Positions 9,688 to 18,319 of a stretch of DNA of 63,122 bases are shown here, piece after piece (positions within the stretch are counted from its first letter, which is position 1; every line of letters begins with the position of its first letter). This DNA is from an uncultured Actinomycetes bacterium (GTDB lineage: Bacteria; Actinomycetota; Acidimicrobiia; Acidimicrobiales; Microtrichaceae), in contig CAIPVR010000306.1 in assembly GCA_903868545.1 (NCBI GenBank), forward strand, positions 1 through 63,122. Direction: 5' to 3'. The position numbers and the translations under genes are program-made. A model generated the notes under the pieces. That model had not been told where the DNA came from. It made no database searches and worked only from the letters and a program-made list of their open reading frames with translations.

Positions 9688-9703
9688 CTAACACCATGGT
9701 CAT
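9688..9703. promoter_or_regulatory. operator-like palindrome, site 5
   Basis: CTAACACCATGGTCAT lies in the uxaA/uxaC divergent spacer and covers the candidate ATGs at 9696 and 9702. Confidence 0.5.
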
Positions 9704-11189
9704 GTTTACGGGGGCGGGCGCCGGTGAGGGTCCGGCCACGGGACCGGGGGCCGGGCCGGGGGCCGGACCGATGGCCGGACCGATGGCACTGGAACTGCAC
9801 CCCGACCGTCTCTTCCCGGCCGAGCCGTCGGTGCGGGCGATCGCCCGGGAACTCCACGGTCACGTGGCCGAGCTGCCGATCGTGTCGCCCCACGGCCACA
9901 CCGACCCGGCGTGGTTCGCGCTCGACGAGCCGTTCTCCGACCCCACCCGGCTGCTGGTGACGCCCGACCACTACCTGACCCGGATGCTGCACAGCCAGGG
10001 CGTGGCGCTCGAGGACCTCGGCGTGCAACCGCTCGACGGGTCCCCGGTGGCAGATCCTCGCTCGGCGTGGCGGACGTTCGCGTCCCACGTCCACCTCTTC
10101 CGGGGCACGCCGTCGGGCCTCTGGCTCGACCAAACCTTCGCCACCGTGTTCGGCCTCGAGCAGCGGCTCGGGCCCGCCACCGCCGACCTCTACTACGACC
10201 GGATCGCCGAGGCGCTGGCCACCGACGCCTTCCGGCCGCGGGCGCTCCTCGACCGCTTCGGGATCGAGGTGCTGGCCACCACCGAGTCGCCGCTCGACGA
10301 CCTCGCCCACCACGACCGGCTCATCGCGGAGGGGTGGGGCGGCCGGGTGATCACCACGTTCCGGCCCGACCCGGTGGTGGACCCCGACTTCGAGGACTAC
10401 GGCGCCAACGTGGCCCGTCTGGGCGAGCTCACCGGCTGCGACGTGACCCGCTGGGACGGGTACCTCGAGGCCCTCCGGGTGCGGCGTGCGGACTTCCGGG
10501 CCCGCGGCGCCACCGCCACCGACCACGGCCACCCCAGCGCCGTGACGGCGGACCACGACCGGGCGACCTGCCAGCGCCTGCTCGACGCCGCCCTCGCCGG
10601 CACCCTCGACCCTGGTGGTGCCGAGCAGCTGCGGGGCCAGGTGCTGGTGGAGATGGCGGCCATGAGCCTCGAGGACGGCATGGTGCTGCAGCTGCACCCC
10701 GGGTCGCGCCGCAACCACAGTCCCCGGGTGCTCGAACGGTTCGGCCGTGACAAGGGCGCCGACATCCCGGGCCGCACCGACTACGTGGACGCCCTCCGTC
10801 CGCTCCTCGACCGGTTCGGCCTGGAGCGGGACCTGCGGATCATCCTGTTCACGCTCGACGAGTCCACCTACGCCCGCGAGCTGGCGCCCCTCGCGGGCTT
10901 CTACCCGTGCCTCACGCTCGGACCGCCGTGGTGGTTCTTCGACAGCGTCGAGGGCATGTGGCGCCACCGTCGTGCCGTCACCGAGACGGCCGGCTTCGCC
11001 AACACCGCCGGCTTCAACGACGACACCCGGGCCCTGCTGTCCATCCCGGCCCGCCACGACGTGGCCCGCCGTGTGGACTGCGCCCACCTGGCCACGCTCG
11101 TGGCCGAGCACCGGCTGTCGCTCGACGACGCCGCCGACCTCGCCGAGGACTGCGCGGTGCGCCTCGCCCGCCGCGCGTACCGCCTGTGA
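9696..11189 (+). CDS. uxaC: glucuronate/galacturonate isomerase (uronate isomerase)
   Basis: The real C-terminal ~470 aa of ORF 7953..11189 carry LHPDRLFP, SPHGHTDP and WWFFDS. In-frame candidate starts are 9696, 9702, 9771 and 9783. I chose 9696 because TAGTTT lies 8 nt upstream, consistent with a leaderless start. Confidence 0.8.
   Translation: MVMFTGAGAGEGPATGPGAGPGAGPMAGPMALELHPDRLFPAEPSVRAIARELHGHVAELPIVSPHGHTDPAWFALDEPFSDPTRLLVTPDHYLTRMLHSQGVALEDLGVQPLDGSPVADPRSAWRTFASHVHLFRGTPSGLWLDQTFATVFGLEQRLGPATADLYYDRIAEALATDAFRPRALLDRFGIEVLATTESPLDDLAHHDRLIAEGWGGRVITTFRPDPVVDPDFEDYGANVARLGELTGCDVTRWDGYLEALRVRRADFRARGATATDHGHPSAVTADHDRATCQRLLDAALAGTLDPGGAEQLRGQVLVEMAAMSLEDGMVLQLHPGSRRNHSPRVLERFGRDKGADIPGRTDYVDALRPLLDRFGLERDLRIILFTLDESTYARELAPLAGFYPCLTLGPPWWFFDSVEGMWRHRRAVTETAGFANTAGFNDDTRALLSIPARHDVARRVDCAHLATLVAEHRLSLDDAADLAEDCAVRLARRAYRL
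9761..9784 (+). repeat. 12-bp tandem duplication (x2) containing an in-frame ATG
   Basis: GGCCGGACCGAT GGCCGGACCGAT places two ATGs (9771, 9783) 12 nt apart in the uxaC frame. Confidence 0.8.
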
Positions 11190-11257
11190 ACGACAGTCCG
11201 CCCGTGAACGACAGTCCGCCCGTGAACGACAGTCCGCCCGTGAACGACAGTCCGACG
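11186..11257 (+). repeat. 18-bp tandem repeat x4 at the uxaC stop / uxaB start
   Basis: GTGAACGACAGTCCGCCC occurs three times, then GTGAACGACAGTCCGACG. It encodes (VNDSPP)3 VNDSPT. Confidence 0.9.
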
Positions 11258-12631
11258 GTGGAGCCGCTCCGCTACGACCGGTCGACCCTGCGGACGACGG
11301 TGGTGCACCTCGGCCTCGGGGCGTTCAGCCGGGCCCACGTGTTCACCTACCTCGACGACCTGGCCGCCGCCGGGGTCACCGGCGTGGGCGTGCTCGGCGC
11401 CTCGCTCGTGTCGGAGCGGACCCCGGCCGCGCTCACCCCGCAGGGCTGCTGCTACACGCTGGTGGAGGCCTCGGCGCGACGCCGTCGCCTCCGCGAGATC
11501 GGCGTGCTCACCGCCGCGGTGGGACCGTCACGCCGCGACGAGGTCCGGGCCGCACTCGCGGACCCGTCCACCGCCCTGGTGACGGTCACGGTGACCGAGA
11601 AGGCGTACGGCTTCGACCCCGTCGGCGGGCACCTCGACACCTCCCACGAGGCGGTCGCCCACGACCTGGCCCACCCGGGCGAACCGGTCGGGGTGGTGGG
11701 CACCCTCGTGGCCGGGCTGGTGCGACGGCGGGCCGCGGGCGCCGGGCCGCTCACCGTGGCCTCGTGCGACAACGTCGCCGGCAACGGGCGGATGCTGGCG
11801 ACGCTCGTGCAGGAGTTCGCCGAGCGGGTGGACCCGGCCGCAGCTCGCTGGATCGCCGCCGAGGTGTCGTTCCCGTCCTCCATGGTGGACCGCATCGTCC
11901 CGGCCACCACCGACGAGCTGCGGGCCGAGGTGGCGGCGGCCGGGGTGCGCGACGCCTGGCCGGTCATCGGCGAGCCGTTCCGGCAGTGGGTGCTCGAGGA
12001 CCGGCTCGGGCCGGGGGTCCCTCCGCTGGTCGCCGCCGGGGTGCAACTGACCGACGACGTGGCGGCGTGGGAACGGATGAAGCTGCGGGTGCTGAACGGG
12101 ATGCACTCGGCCACCGCCTACCTCGGGCTCCGGCTCGGCCACGGGACGATCGCCGAGGTGGTGGCCGACCCGGCCACCGTGCCGCTGCTCGACGAACTCC
12201 AGTCGGAGATCCTCGCCGTGCTGGAACCGCCCCGGGGCGAGGACGCCGCCGCCTACGCGGCCTCGGTCCGGGAACGCTTCGCCAACCCGGCGGTGGGCCA
12301 CCGGTGCCTCCAGATCGCCATGGACGGCTCGGCGAAGCTGCCCCAGCGGATCCTGCCGACCGTGGTGGACGCGCTCGACGGCGGGAGCCCGGTGCGGGCG
12401 CTCGCCCGGGTGCTGGCCTGGTGGGTGGCCCACCTCCGTCGTTGCGCGCCGGGCGCGCCGGCCGACCCGAGGGCCGCGGAGCTCGCGGCCCTCGTGGCCT
12501 CGTGCCCCGACGGCCCGTCGCTCGCCGGGTCGCTGATGGACCTGCCCGGGTTCGCACCCCCGCGCCTGCGCGACGATCCCTCATGGCTCGCGGCGCTCGC
12601 CGCGGCGATCGACGAGGAGGGTGCACCGTGA
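11186..12631 (+). CDS. uxaB: mannitol-dehydrogenase-family altronate oxidoreductase / tagaturonate reductase
   Basis: VVHLGLGAFSRAH Rossmann region, SCDNVAGNG, MVDRIVP and KLRVLNGMHS. The first GTG (11186) forms a GTGA overlap with the uxaC stop. The true start may be any GTG in the 18-bp repeat, or 11258. The uxaB versus uxuB assignment rests on context. Confidence 0.8.
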   Translation: MNDSPPVNDSPPVNDSPPVNDSPTVEPLRYDRSTLRTTVVHLGLGAFSRAHVFTYLDDLAAAGVTGVGVLGASLVSERTPAALTPQGCCYTLVEASARRRRLREIGVLTAAVGPSRRDEVRAALADPSTALVTVTVTEKAYGFDPVGGHLDTSHEAVAHDLAHPGEPVGVVGTLVAGLVRRRAAGAGPLTVASCDNVAGNGRMLATLVQEFAERVDPAAARWIAAEVSFPSSMVDRIVPATTDELRAEVAAAGVRDAWPVIGEPFRQWVLEDRLGPGVPPLVAAGVQLTDDVAAWERMKLRVLNGMHSATAYLGLRLGHGTIAEVVADPATVPLLDELQSEILAVLEPPRGEDAAAYAASVRERFANPAVGHRCLQIAMDGSAKLPQRILPTVVDALDGGSPVRALARVLAWWVAHLRRCAPGAPADPRAAELAALVASCPDGPSLAGSLMDLPGFAPPRLRDDPSWLAALAAAIDEEGAP

Positions 12632-13305
12632 TCGTCCCACTGCCCGACGGGGCGCTGGCCGCCCGGCTGCTCCCCCTCGTGGACCATCCCGACCCGGAGG
12701 TGGTCGTGGCCTGCGTGCGGGCCGCCGAGCTGGCGGGTGCCCCGTGCGCCGAGGTGGGCCTGCGCCACCCGGCCAGTCTCGAGGCGCTGCGCGCCGCCGT
12801 GTCGGCCGCGTCGATCCCGGTGGGGGCCGGCACCGTGACCACGCCGGCCGACGTCGACGCCGCACTCGACGCCGGGGCGCGGTTCCTCGTGAGCCCGGGG
12901 GTCACCCCCTCCCTCACCGCTGCCGTCACCTCGGCCGGCGCGCCGTGGCTCCCGGGAGCGGCCACCCCGAGCGAGGTGATGGCCCTCGCGGATGCCGGTG
13001 CCGCGACGGTGAAGCTGTTCCCGGTAGGTCCACTGGGTGGGATCGCCGCCGTGCGGTCCGTCGCCGCGGTGGCCGACGTGGGGCTGGTCCCGACCGGCGG
13101 GGTCGGTCCCCGCGACGTGGCCGACCTGCTGGCCGTCGACGCGGTGGTGGCGGTGGGCGGCACCTGGATGTTCGCGGATGCGACCTCCCCGGATGCGACC
13201 TCCCCGGATGCGACCTCCCCGGATACGGCCTCCCCGGATACGGCCTCCCCGGACGTGCTGGCAGCCCGGGTGCGGGAGGCGCTGGCGCTCGCCCGCCGGC
13301 CATGA
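12628..13305 (+). CDS. eda: KDPG aldolase (2-dehydro-3-deoxy-phosphogluconate aldolase)
   Basis: PGAATPSEV, TVKLFP and VPTGGV motifs are present. The GTG start forms a GTGA overlap with the uxaB stop. It carries a C-terminal pentapeptide repeat insert. Confidence 0.8.
   Translation: MIVPLPDGALAARLLPLVDHPDPEVVVACVRAAELAGAPCAEVGLRHPASLEALRAAVSAASIPVGAGTVTTPADVDAALDAGARFLVSPGVTPSLTAAVTSAGAPWLPGAATPSEVMALADAGAATVKLFPVGPLGGIAAVRSVAAVADVGLVPTGGVGPRDVADLLAVDAVVAVGGTWMFADATSPDATSPDATSPDTASPDTASPDVLAARVREALALARRP
13177..13251 (+). repeat. 15-bp tandem repeat x5 inside eda
   Basis: GATGCGACCTCCCCG x3 then GATACGGCCTCCCCG x2. It encodes (DATSP)3(DTASP)2 and is in frame. Confidence 0.9.
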
Positions 13306-14219
13306 GCAGCCCACCGTCGGTCCTCGTGGTCGGCGAACCGCTCGCAGAGCTGCGTCCACGGCCGGACGGAGCGCTCGACCTGTCGTACTCCGGTGACGCG
13401 CTGAACGTGGCGGTGCGGCTCGCCCGCGGCGGCGCCCGGGTCTCGCTGGCCACCGCCGTCGGCGCCGACCGGTTCAGCGAGGGCCTGCTCCGCCGCCTCG
13501 CCGACGAGGGCGTGTCGGACCGATGGGTGCACCGCTCGGGGGGCGGCGTACTGGGTCTCTACCTGGTGGAACTCGACGGTGCGGAGCGGCGCTTCACCTA
13601 CTGGCGGGCCACCAGCGAGGCCCGCCACCTGGTCGACGCCCTCGGCCCCGACCGGATCGCGGCCGCCGCCGGTGACCACGACGCGGTGGTGGTGAGCGGG
13701 ATCACCCTCGCCGTGCTCGATCCGCCCCAGCGTGGCGCCCTGCTGGATGCCCTGGCCGCCGCGACCCGCGGTGGGACCCGGGTGGTCCTCGACCCGAACG
13801 TGCGGCCCGCGCTGTGGGAGTCGCCCGACGAGGCGCGCCGGTGGGTGGCGGGGTTGGTGTCGCTCGGCCCCACGGTGCTGGCCTCCGTGGAGGACCTCGA
13901 CCTGCTCGGCGCCGACGCCGCCGAGTGGGCCGCTCAGGTGCCGGAGTTGGTGGTGACCGCCGGCGACGGCCCGACGCGCTGGTGGCACGGGGGTCGCTCC
14001 GGGAAGGTGGAGGTCGGACGGGTCACGGCGTCCGACACCACCGGGGCGGGTGACGCGTTCGACGCGGCCTACGTGTTGGCCCGGGGGGAGGGTGCGCCGG
14101 TCCCCGACGCCGTCGCCCGCGGCCACACCGCGGCGGCCGACGCCGTGTCGCATCCGGGCGGGCTGCGCTGGGCCGGTGGCCCGGACCCGGGCGGTCCCGG
14201 CGAGTCCGGGCGGGGATAG
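13302..14219 (+). CDS. kdgK: 2-dehydro-3-deoxygluconokinase (PfkB family)
   Basis: Carries the PfkB signature DTTGAGDAF. It shares an ATGA overlap with the eda stop. The real part of ORF 12621..14219 starts at MSSPPSVLVVGE. Confidence 0.8.
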   Translation: MSSPPSVLVVGEPLAELRPRPDGALDLSYSGDALNVAVRLARGGARVSLATAVGADRFSEGLLRRLADEGVSDRWVHRSGGGVLGLYLVELDGAERRFTYWRATSEARHLVDALGPDRIAAAAGDHDAVVVSGITLAVLDPPQRGALLDALAAATRGGTRVVLDPNVRPALWESPDEARRWVAGLVSLGPTVLASVEDLDLLGADAAEWAAQVPELVVTAGDGPTRWWHGGRSGKVEVGRVTASDTTGAGDAFDAAYVLARGEGAPVPDAVARGHTAAADAVSHPGGLRWAGGPDPGGPGESGRG

Positions 14220-14229
14220 GGTCCGGACG

Positions 14230-14676
14230 ATGAGCACCTGGAACCACGTGGGCCACCACGTCGCGGACCTCGACCGGGCGGTGACGTTCTACCGGGAGGT
14301 GTTCGGCTTCGAGGAGCTCCACCGCCTGCAGGTGCCCGACGCCGCCTCGTCGCGCCTGCTGCGGGTCCCCGAACCGGTCGGCCTCACCGCCGTGTACCTG
14401 GGTCTCGGCGGTGCGGTGCTGGAACTGCTCCACCTGGACCGTCCCGGCAACCTGCCACCACGGGAGCGCCCGTTCACCGAGCCCGGACTCACGCACCTGT
14501 CCTTCACCGTCGAGGACCTGTCGGCCACCTGCGCTGCGGTGCGGGCGCACGGCGGCGAGGTGCTCGAGGACACGGACATGGGCGGCTTCGCCGTCCTCGT
14601 GCGCGACCCCGACGGGCAGGTGCTCGAACTGCTCCCGCCGGGTGCGCTGCCTACCGCCCCGGCAGCTCCCGCTTGA
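14230..14676 (+). CDS. VOC/glyoxalase-family protein
   Basis: WNHVGHHVADLDRAVTFYREVFGF is a typical VOC N-terminus. TAGGGT lies 7 nt upstream of the ATG. The 3' end overlaps the convergent CoA ligase by 26 bp. Confidence 0.75.
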   Translation: MSTWNHVGHHVADLDRAVTFYREVFGFEELHRLQVPDAASSRLLRVPEPVGLTAVYLGLGGAVLELLHLDRPGNLPPRERPFTEPGLTHLSFTVEDLSATCAAVRAHGGEVLEDTDMGGFAVLVRDPDGQVLELLPPGALPTAPAAPA

Positions 14677-16186
14677 CCACCTTGCCGGTCGGGTTCCGGG
14701 GCAACTCGGTGAGGAACGTCCAGCGCCGCGGCACCTTGTAGTCGGACAGGCGGCCTGCGCAGAACTCCCGGAGCTCCGCCTCGGTGACCGTGGCACCGGG
14801 GTTGAGCACCACCCAGGCGCCGATGTCCTCGCCGAGCACGTCGTGGGGGACCGCGGCCACGGCGGCCTCCCGCACGTCGGGGTGCTCGTAGAGGACCGAC
14901 TCCACGTCGGCCGCGTGCACGTTGTTGCCGCCGCGGATGATCACGTCCTTGGCCCGGCCGCGGAGGTACAGGTAGCCGTCCTCGTCGAGCTCGGCGAGGT
15001 CGCCGGTGTGGAGCCAGCCGTCCTGCCAGGTGCGGGCCGTGGCCTCCTCGTCGCGGAAGTACTCGCGCTCGCGGCCGGGGTTCCGGACCAGCAGCTCGCC
15101 CACCGTTCGGGGCGGCAGCTCCGTCCCGCTCGCGTCGACGATCCGGAACTCCGTCGGGGGCACGGGCCGGCCCACCGATCCCACCCGCTTGTCGATCTCG
15201 TCGGAGGGCATGCTGCAGTACGCAGGGCCCGCCTCGGTCATGCCCCACGAGTTCGACACCATCGCACCGGGGAGCCGGCGCCGGAGGGTGTCGAAGGTGG
15301 CGGGGGCGAGCGGGGCGCTGCCGAGCGGGCACAGGGTGATCGAGCTGAGGTCCGCGTCGGCGAAGCGGTCGCTGGCGATCAGCAGCTCGGCCATGGCCGG
15401 CACGAGGAAGGTGGCGGACGGGCGGTGGTGCTCCACCGCGTCGAACCAGGCGTCGACGTCGAAGCGGGGCAGGTACAGCAAGCGCATGCCGAGCTTCATC
15501 GGGTTGTAGACGGACGCGATGCCGGCGAACGTGAACATCGGCGACGCGTGCAGCCACCCCGCGCCGGTCCAGTTGGGCAGGCCGTTGGGGATCATCGCCA
15601 CGTTGCCGTGGCGGACCACCACGCCCTTCGGGCGGCCCGTGGTGCCGGAGGTGTACATGATGTCGGCGATGTCGTCGGCGTCGAGCGCCACCTGGAACCC
15701 GGAGCCGTCGTCGTCGGCGGCGTCGGCCCAGTCGACCAGTTCGGGCGGGTCGTCCCCGGTCGCCACGCGCTCCTCCGGCGGGGCCGTCGTGACCACGGTG
15801 CGGAGGCCGGGGAGGTCCATGGTCGCGCCGAGGAGTGCCGGGAGTGTCGAGCGGCCCGTGACGGCCACCGCCGCGCCCGCGTGGTCGAGCACGAACGCCA
15901 GTTCCCGGGCGACGAGGCGGGTGCTCGTGGGCACCGCCGCGCCGCCGGCCTTGTGGATGGCCGCGTAGGCGACGAGGAACCGGTCGGGCTCCTCCGGCGG
16001 CACGTGCAGCGCCACCCGGTCACCCCTCCCCACCCCGCGTGCCACCAGCCAGCGGGCCAGCCGGTTGGAGCGTTCCTCCCACCCGGCGAACGTGAGCGTG
16101 GTGCCGCCGGCGACGTCGAGGAACGCCACCTCGTCGGGGTGGTGGCCGGCCATGAGCCGCAGCTGGTCGGTGAGGAGCTGGGCCAC
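14651..16186 (-). CDS. AMP-dependent acyl-CoA synthetase
   Basis: YTSGTTGRPKGV and GWLHTGD are present, with a C-terminal PRNPTGKV. I prefer the GTG at 16186 (VAQLLTDQL), 4 nt after the upstream stop. The ORF-track start at 16237 would overlap the upstream gene by 47 bp. Confidence 0.8.
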   Translation of the reverse strand: MAQLLTDQLRLMAGHHPDEVAFLDVAGGTTLTFAGWEERSNRLARWLVARGVGRGDRVALHVPPEEPDRFLVAYAAIHKAGGAAVPTSTRLVARELAFVLDHAGAAVAVTGRSTLPALLGATMDLPGLRTVVTTAPPEERVATGDDPPELVDWADAADDDGSGFQVALDADDIADIMYTSGTTGRPKGVVVRHGNVAMIPNGLPNWTGAGWLHASPMFTFAGIASVYNPMKLGMRLLYLPRFDVDAWFDAVEHHRPSATFLVPAMAELLIASDRFADADLSSITLCPLGSAPLAPATFDTLRRRLPGAMVSNSWGMTEAGPAYCSMPSDEIDKRVGSVGRPVPPTEFRIVDASGTELPPRTVGELLVRNPGREREYFRDEEATARTWQDGWLHTGDLAELDEDGYLYLRGRAKDVIIRGGNNVHAADVESVLYEHPDVREAAVAAVPHDVLGEDIGAWVVLNPGATVTEAELREFCAGRLSDYKVPRRWTFLTELPRNPTGKVVKRELPGR

Positions 16187-16190
16187 GGTC

Positions 16191-18299
16191 TCAGCCCGCC
16201 GGCTCGGGGTCGCGCGGCAGTCCGAGCAGCCGCTCACCGATCACGTTCCGCTGGATCTCCGACGTGCCCCCGGCGATCGTGAGGCAGCGGTTGGCGAGGA
16301 AACCGAAGGTCCACTGGCCGGGTGGCCCGGGCTCGGTGCCCGCCCCGTCGGGGCCCAGCAGCGACAGGCCGGCCTCCTGGGTGCGCTGGTCGTGCTCCAC
16401 GCCGAGCAGCTTGCGGACGCTGGCCTCCGGGCCGGGCTGCGCGCCCGACAGCGACCGTGCCGCGGTGCGGAGCCCCATCACGGCCAGCGCGTGCGACTCG
16501 GCCACCAGCGCGCCCAGCTCGTCGAGCACGAGCGGGTCGTCGCCGTCGACGGCGCCGGCGTCGATCCGGTCCCTGACGAGGTCCACGAGGGCCTCGATGC
16601 CGCCGCCGAAGGACGACCCGCTGCCCATCGAGACCCGCTCGTTGGCCAGGGTGGTGCGGGCCAGTGGCCATCCGCCGTCCACCTCGCCGATCACGCAGTC
16701 GTCGGGCACGAACACGTCGTCGAGGAACACCTCGTTGAACATCTCCAGTCCGGTGAGCTCGCGCAGGGGCCGGATGTCGAGCCCGGCCGAGCCCATGTCC
16801 ACGATGAAGTAGGTGATGCCCCGGTGCTTCGGGGCGTCGGGGTTGGTGCGGGCGAGACAGATACCCCAGTCGGCGTCGCGGGCCATGGTGGTCCAGACCT
16901 TCTGGCCGTTCAGCAGCCAGCCGCCGTCGGTGCGGATCGCCGCGGTGGTCAGCGCGGCGAGGTCGGAGCCGGCCTCCGGCTCGCTGAACAGCTGGCACCA
17001 CGAGATGGTGCCGTGCAGCGTGGGTCGCACCCAGCGCTCCTGCTGTTCCGGTGTGCCGTGGGCGGCGATCGTGGGGGCCGCCCACGCCCCCACCTGGAGG
17101 TGGGGGGCGCGCACCTTCGCCCTCCGCAGTTCCTCGTCGATCACCACCTGCTCCACCGCTCCGGCCCCGCGGCCCCACGGCTCGGGCCAGTGCGGCACCA
17201 CCAGGCCCGCGTCCGCGAGCGGTGCCCGGCGCTCCTCCTTGGGGAGGGACGCGATCTCGTCCACCACGACGGCGATGCGGGCGCGGACCTCCTCGGCCTC
17301 GGGCGGGAGGTCGAGGGTGAGGTGCCGGCGCGTGCCCCGGAGCGCGGCCCGTGCCAGCTCGGTCCGCCGGTGCCGCCGGTCGCCGAGGAGTTGCCGGAGG
17401 GCCACCGCCCTGCGGAGGTAGAGGTGGGCGTCGTGCTCCCAGGTGAAGCCGATGCCGCCGAGGACCTGGATGGCGTCCTTGGCGTCGTCGACGAAGGCGT
17501 CGAGCGCGAGCGCTCCCGCCGTTCCGACCGCCACTCCGGCCGACGGGCCCCACGGCTCGTCGCCGTCGAGGGCGCCGGCGGCGTCCCACACCGCGGCCCG
17601 GGCCGCCTCCAGCCGCACGAGCATGTCGGCGCAGCGGTGCTTCACCGCCTGGAACTGGCCGATCGGGCGTCCGAACTGGCGGCGCTGGCGGGCCCAGTCC
17701 GCCGCGGTGTCCACGCACCACGAGGCGCCGCCCACGGCCTCGGCCGCGGCGAGCACGGTGCCGATGGCCCGCACCTGTTCCCCGGTGACGCCGGGGAGGG
17801 GGATGCCGTCGACCGGGTGGGCGGGGGACCGGAGCGTGGCGAGGTCCACGGTCCCGTCGAGCGCAGGGGTCGGGCCGAGGTCGAGGCCGGCAGCGGGCGC
17901 CGCCACCCAGGTGTCGTCGTCGCCCACCCGGAGCACCACGACCTCCGCGGTGGCGCCACCCGGGACGGGGCCGTCGCCCACCGCCACTGCCGCGGGACCG
18001 GTGAGGTCCACCCCGGCGGTCCTCGCCACCGCCCTGGCCCATGCGGACGGCAGGATCGGCCCGGGCGCGACCGCCCGGCCCAGGCCCTCGAGCACCACCG
18101 CGAGCTCGGAGAAGCCGAGGCCGTCGTCGGGGGACAGGCCGAGCCAGCCGAGCTGGTCGAGTTCCTTCCAGAACGGGGGCAACTCGTCGGCCGGCGCGTC
18201 CATCGCCGCGCGCGCAGTGTCGGGTCCGCACCGCTCCTCGGCGAACCGCGCCACCGCCGCGGCCAGCAGTTCGTGGTCGTCACCGATGGCCAGGCCCAC
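16191..18299 (-). CDS. fused two-domain acyl-CoA dehydrogenase (FadE34-like architecture)
   Basis: 702 aa. The N-terminal half is ACAD-like (GRPIGQFQAVKH, GGIGFTWEHDAHLYLRR). The C-terminal half is a full ACAD (CQLFSEPEAGSDLAAL, IAGGTSEIQRNVIGERLLGLPR). GTG start with RBS GAGGGAG. Confidence 0.85.
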   Translation of the reverse strand: MGLAIGDDHELLAAAVARFAEERCGPDTARAAMDAPADELPPFWKELDQLGWLGLSPDDGLGFSELAVVLEGLGRAVAPGPILPSAWARAVARTAGVDLTGPAAVAVGDGPVPGGATAEVVVLRVGDDDTWVAAPAAGLDLGPTPALDGTVDLATLRSPAHPVDGIPLPGVTGEQVRAIGTVLAAAEAVGGASWCVDTAADWARQRRQFGRPIGQFQAVKHRCADMLVRLEAARAAVWDAAGALDGDEPWGPSAGVAVGTAGALALDAFVDDAKDAIQVLGGIGFTWEHDAHLYLRRAVALRQLLGDRRHRRTELARAALRGTRRHLTLDLPPEAEEVRARIAVVVDEIASLPKEERRAPLADAGLVVPHWPEPWGRGAGAVEQVVIDEELRRAKVRAPHLQVGAWAAPTIAAHGTPEQQERWVRPTLHGTISWCQLFSEPEAGSDLAALTTAAIRTDGGWLLNGQKVWTTMARDADWGICLARTNPDAPKHRGITYFIVDMGSAGLDIRPLRELTGLEMFNEVFLDDVFVPDDCVIGEVDGGWPLARTTLANERVSMGSGSSFGGGIEALVDLVRDRIDAGAVDGDDPLVLDELGALVAESHALAVMGLRTAARSLSGAQPGPEASVRKLLGVEHDQRTQEAGLSLLGPDGAGTEPGPPGQWTFGFLANRCLTIAGGTSEIQRNVIGERLLGLPRDPEPAG

Positions 18300-18319
18300 G
18301 GAGTCGCTCCCTCGTCGTT

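Noticed and set aside
7953-11189. The 1078-aa ORF taken at face value as a giant fusion protein.
   Set aside because: Only the last ~470-500 aa (uronate isomerase) look real. The upstream part is antisense to uxaA and the hydrolase and has artefact composition.
11186-11257. The 18-bp repeat as an array of operator half-sites (it contains GACAGTC).
   Set aside because: It does not fit the CTRAC-N6-GTCAN spacing. Slippage of a coding/junction unit explains it fully.
11186-13251. Tandem repeats as a possible CRISPR array.
   Set aside because: The units are directly adjacent with no unique spacers and are only 15-18 bp long. They lie in frame within coding sequence, and no cas genes are present.
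16187-16237. ATG/GTG at 16237 as the start of the CoA ligase.
   Set aside because: It would overlap the upstream ACAD gene by 47 bp and add a Cys/Arg-rich peptide (MSGCSDCRATPSRRAE). The GTG at 16186 gives the family-typical N-terminus directly after the upstream stop. I cannot exclude 16237 without data.
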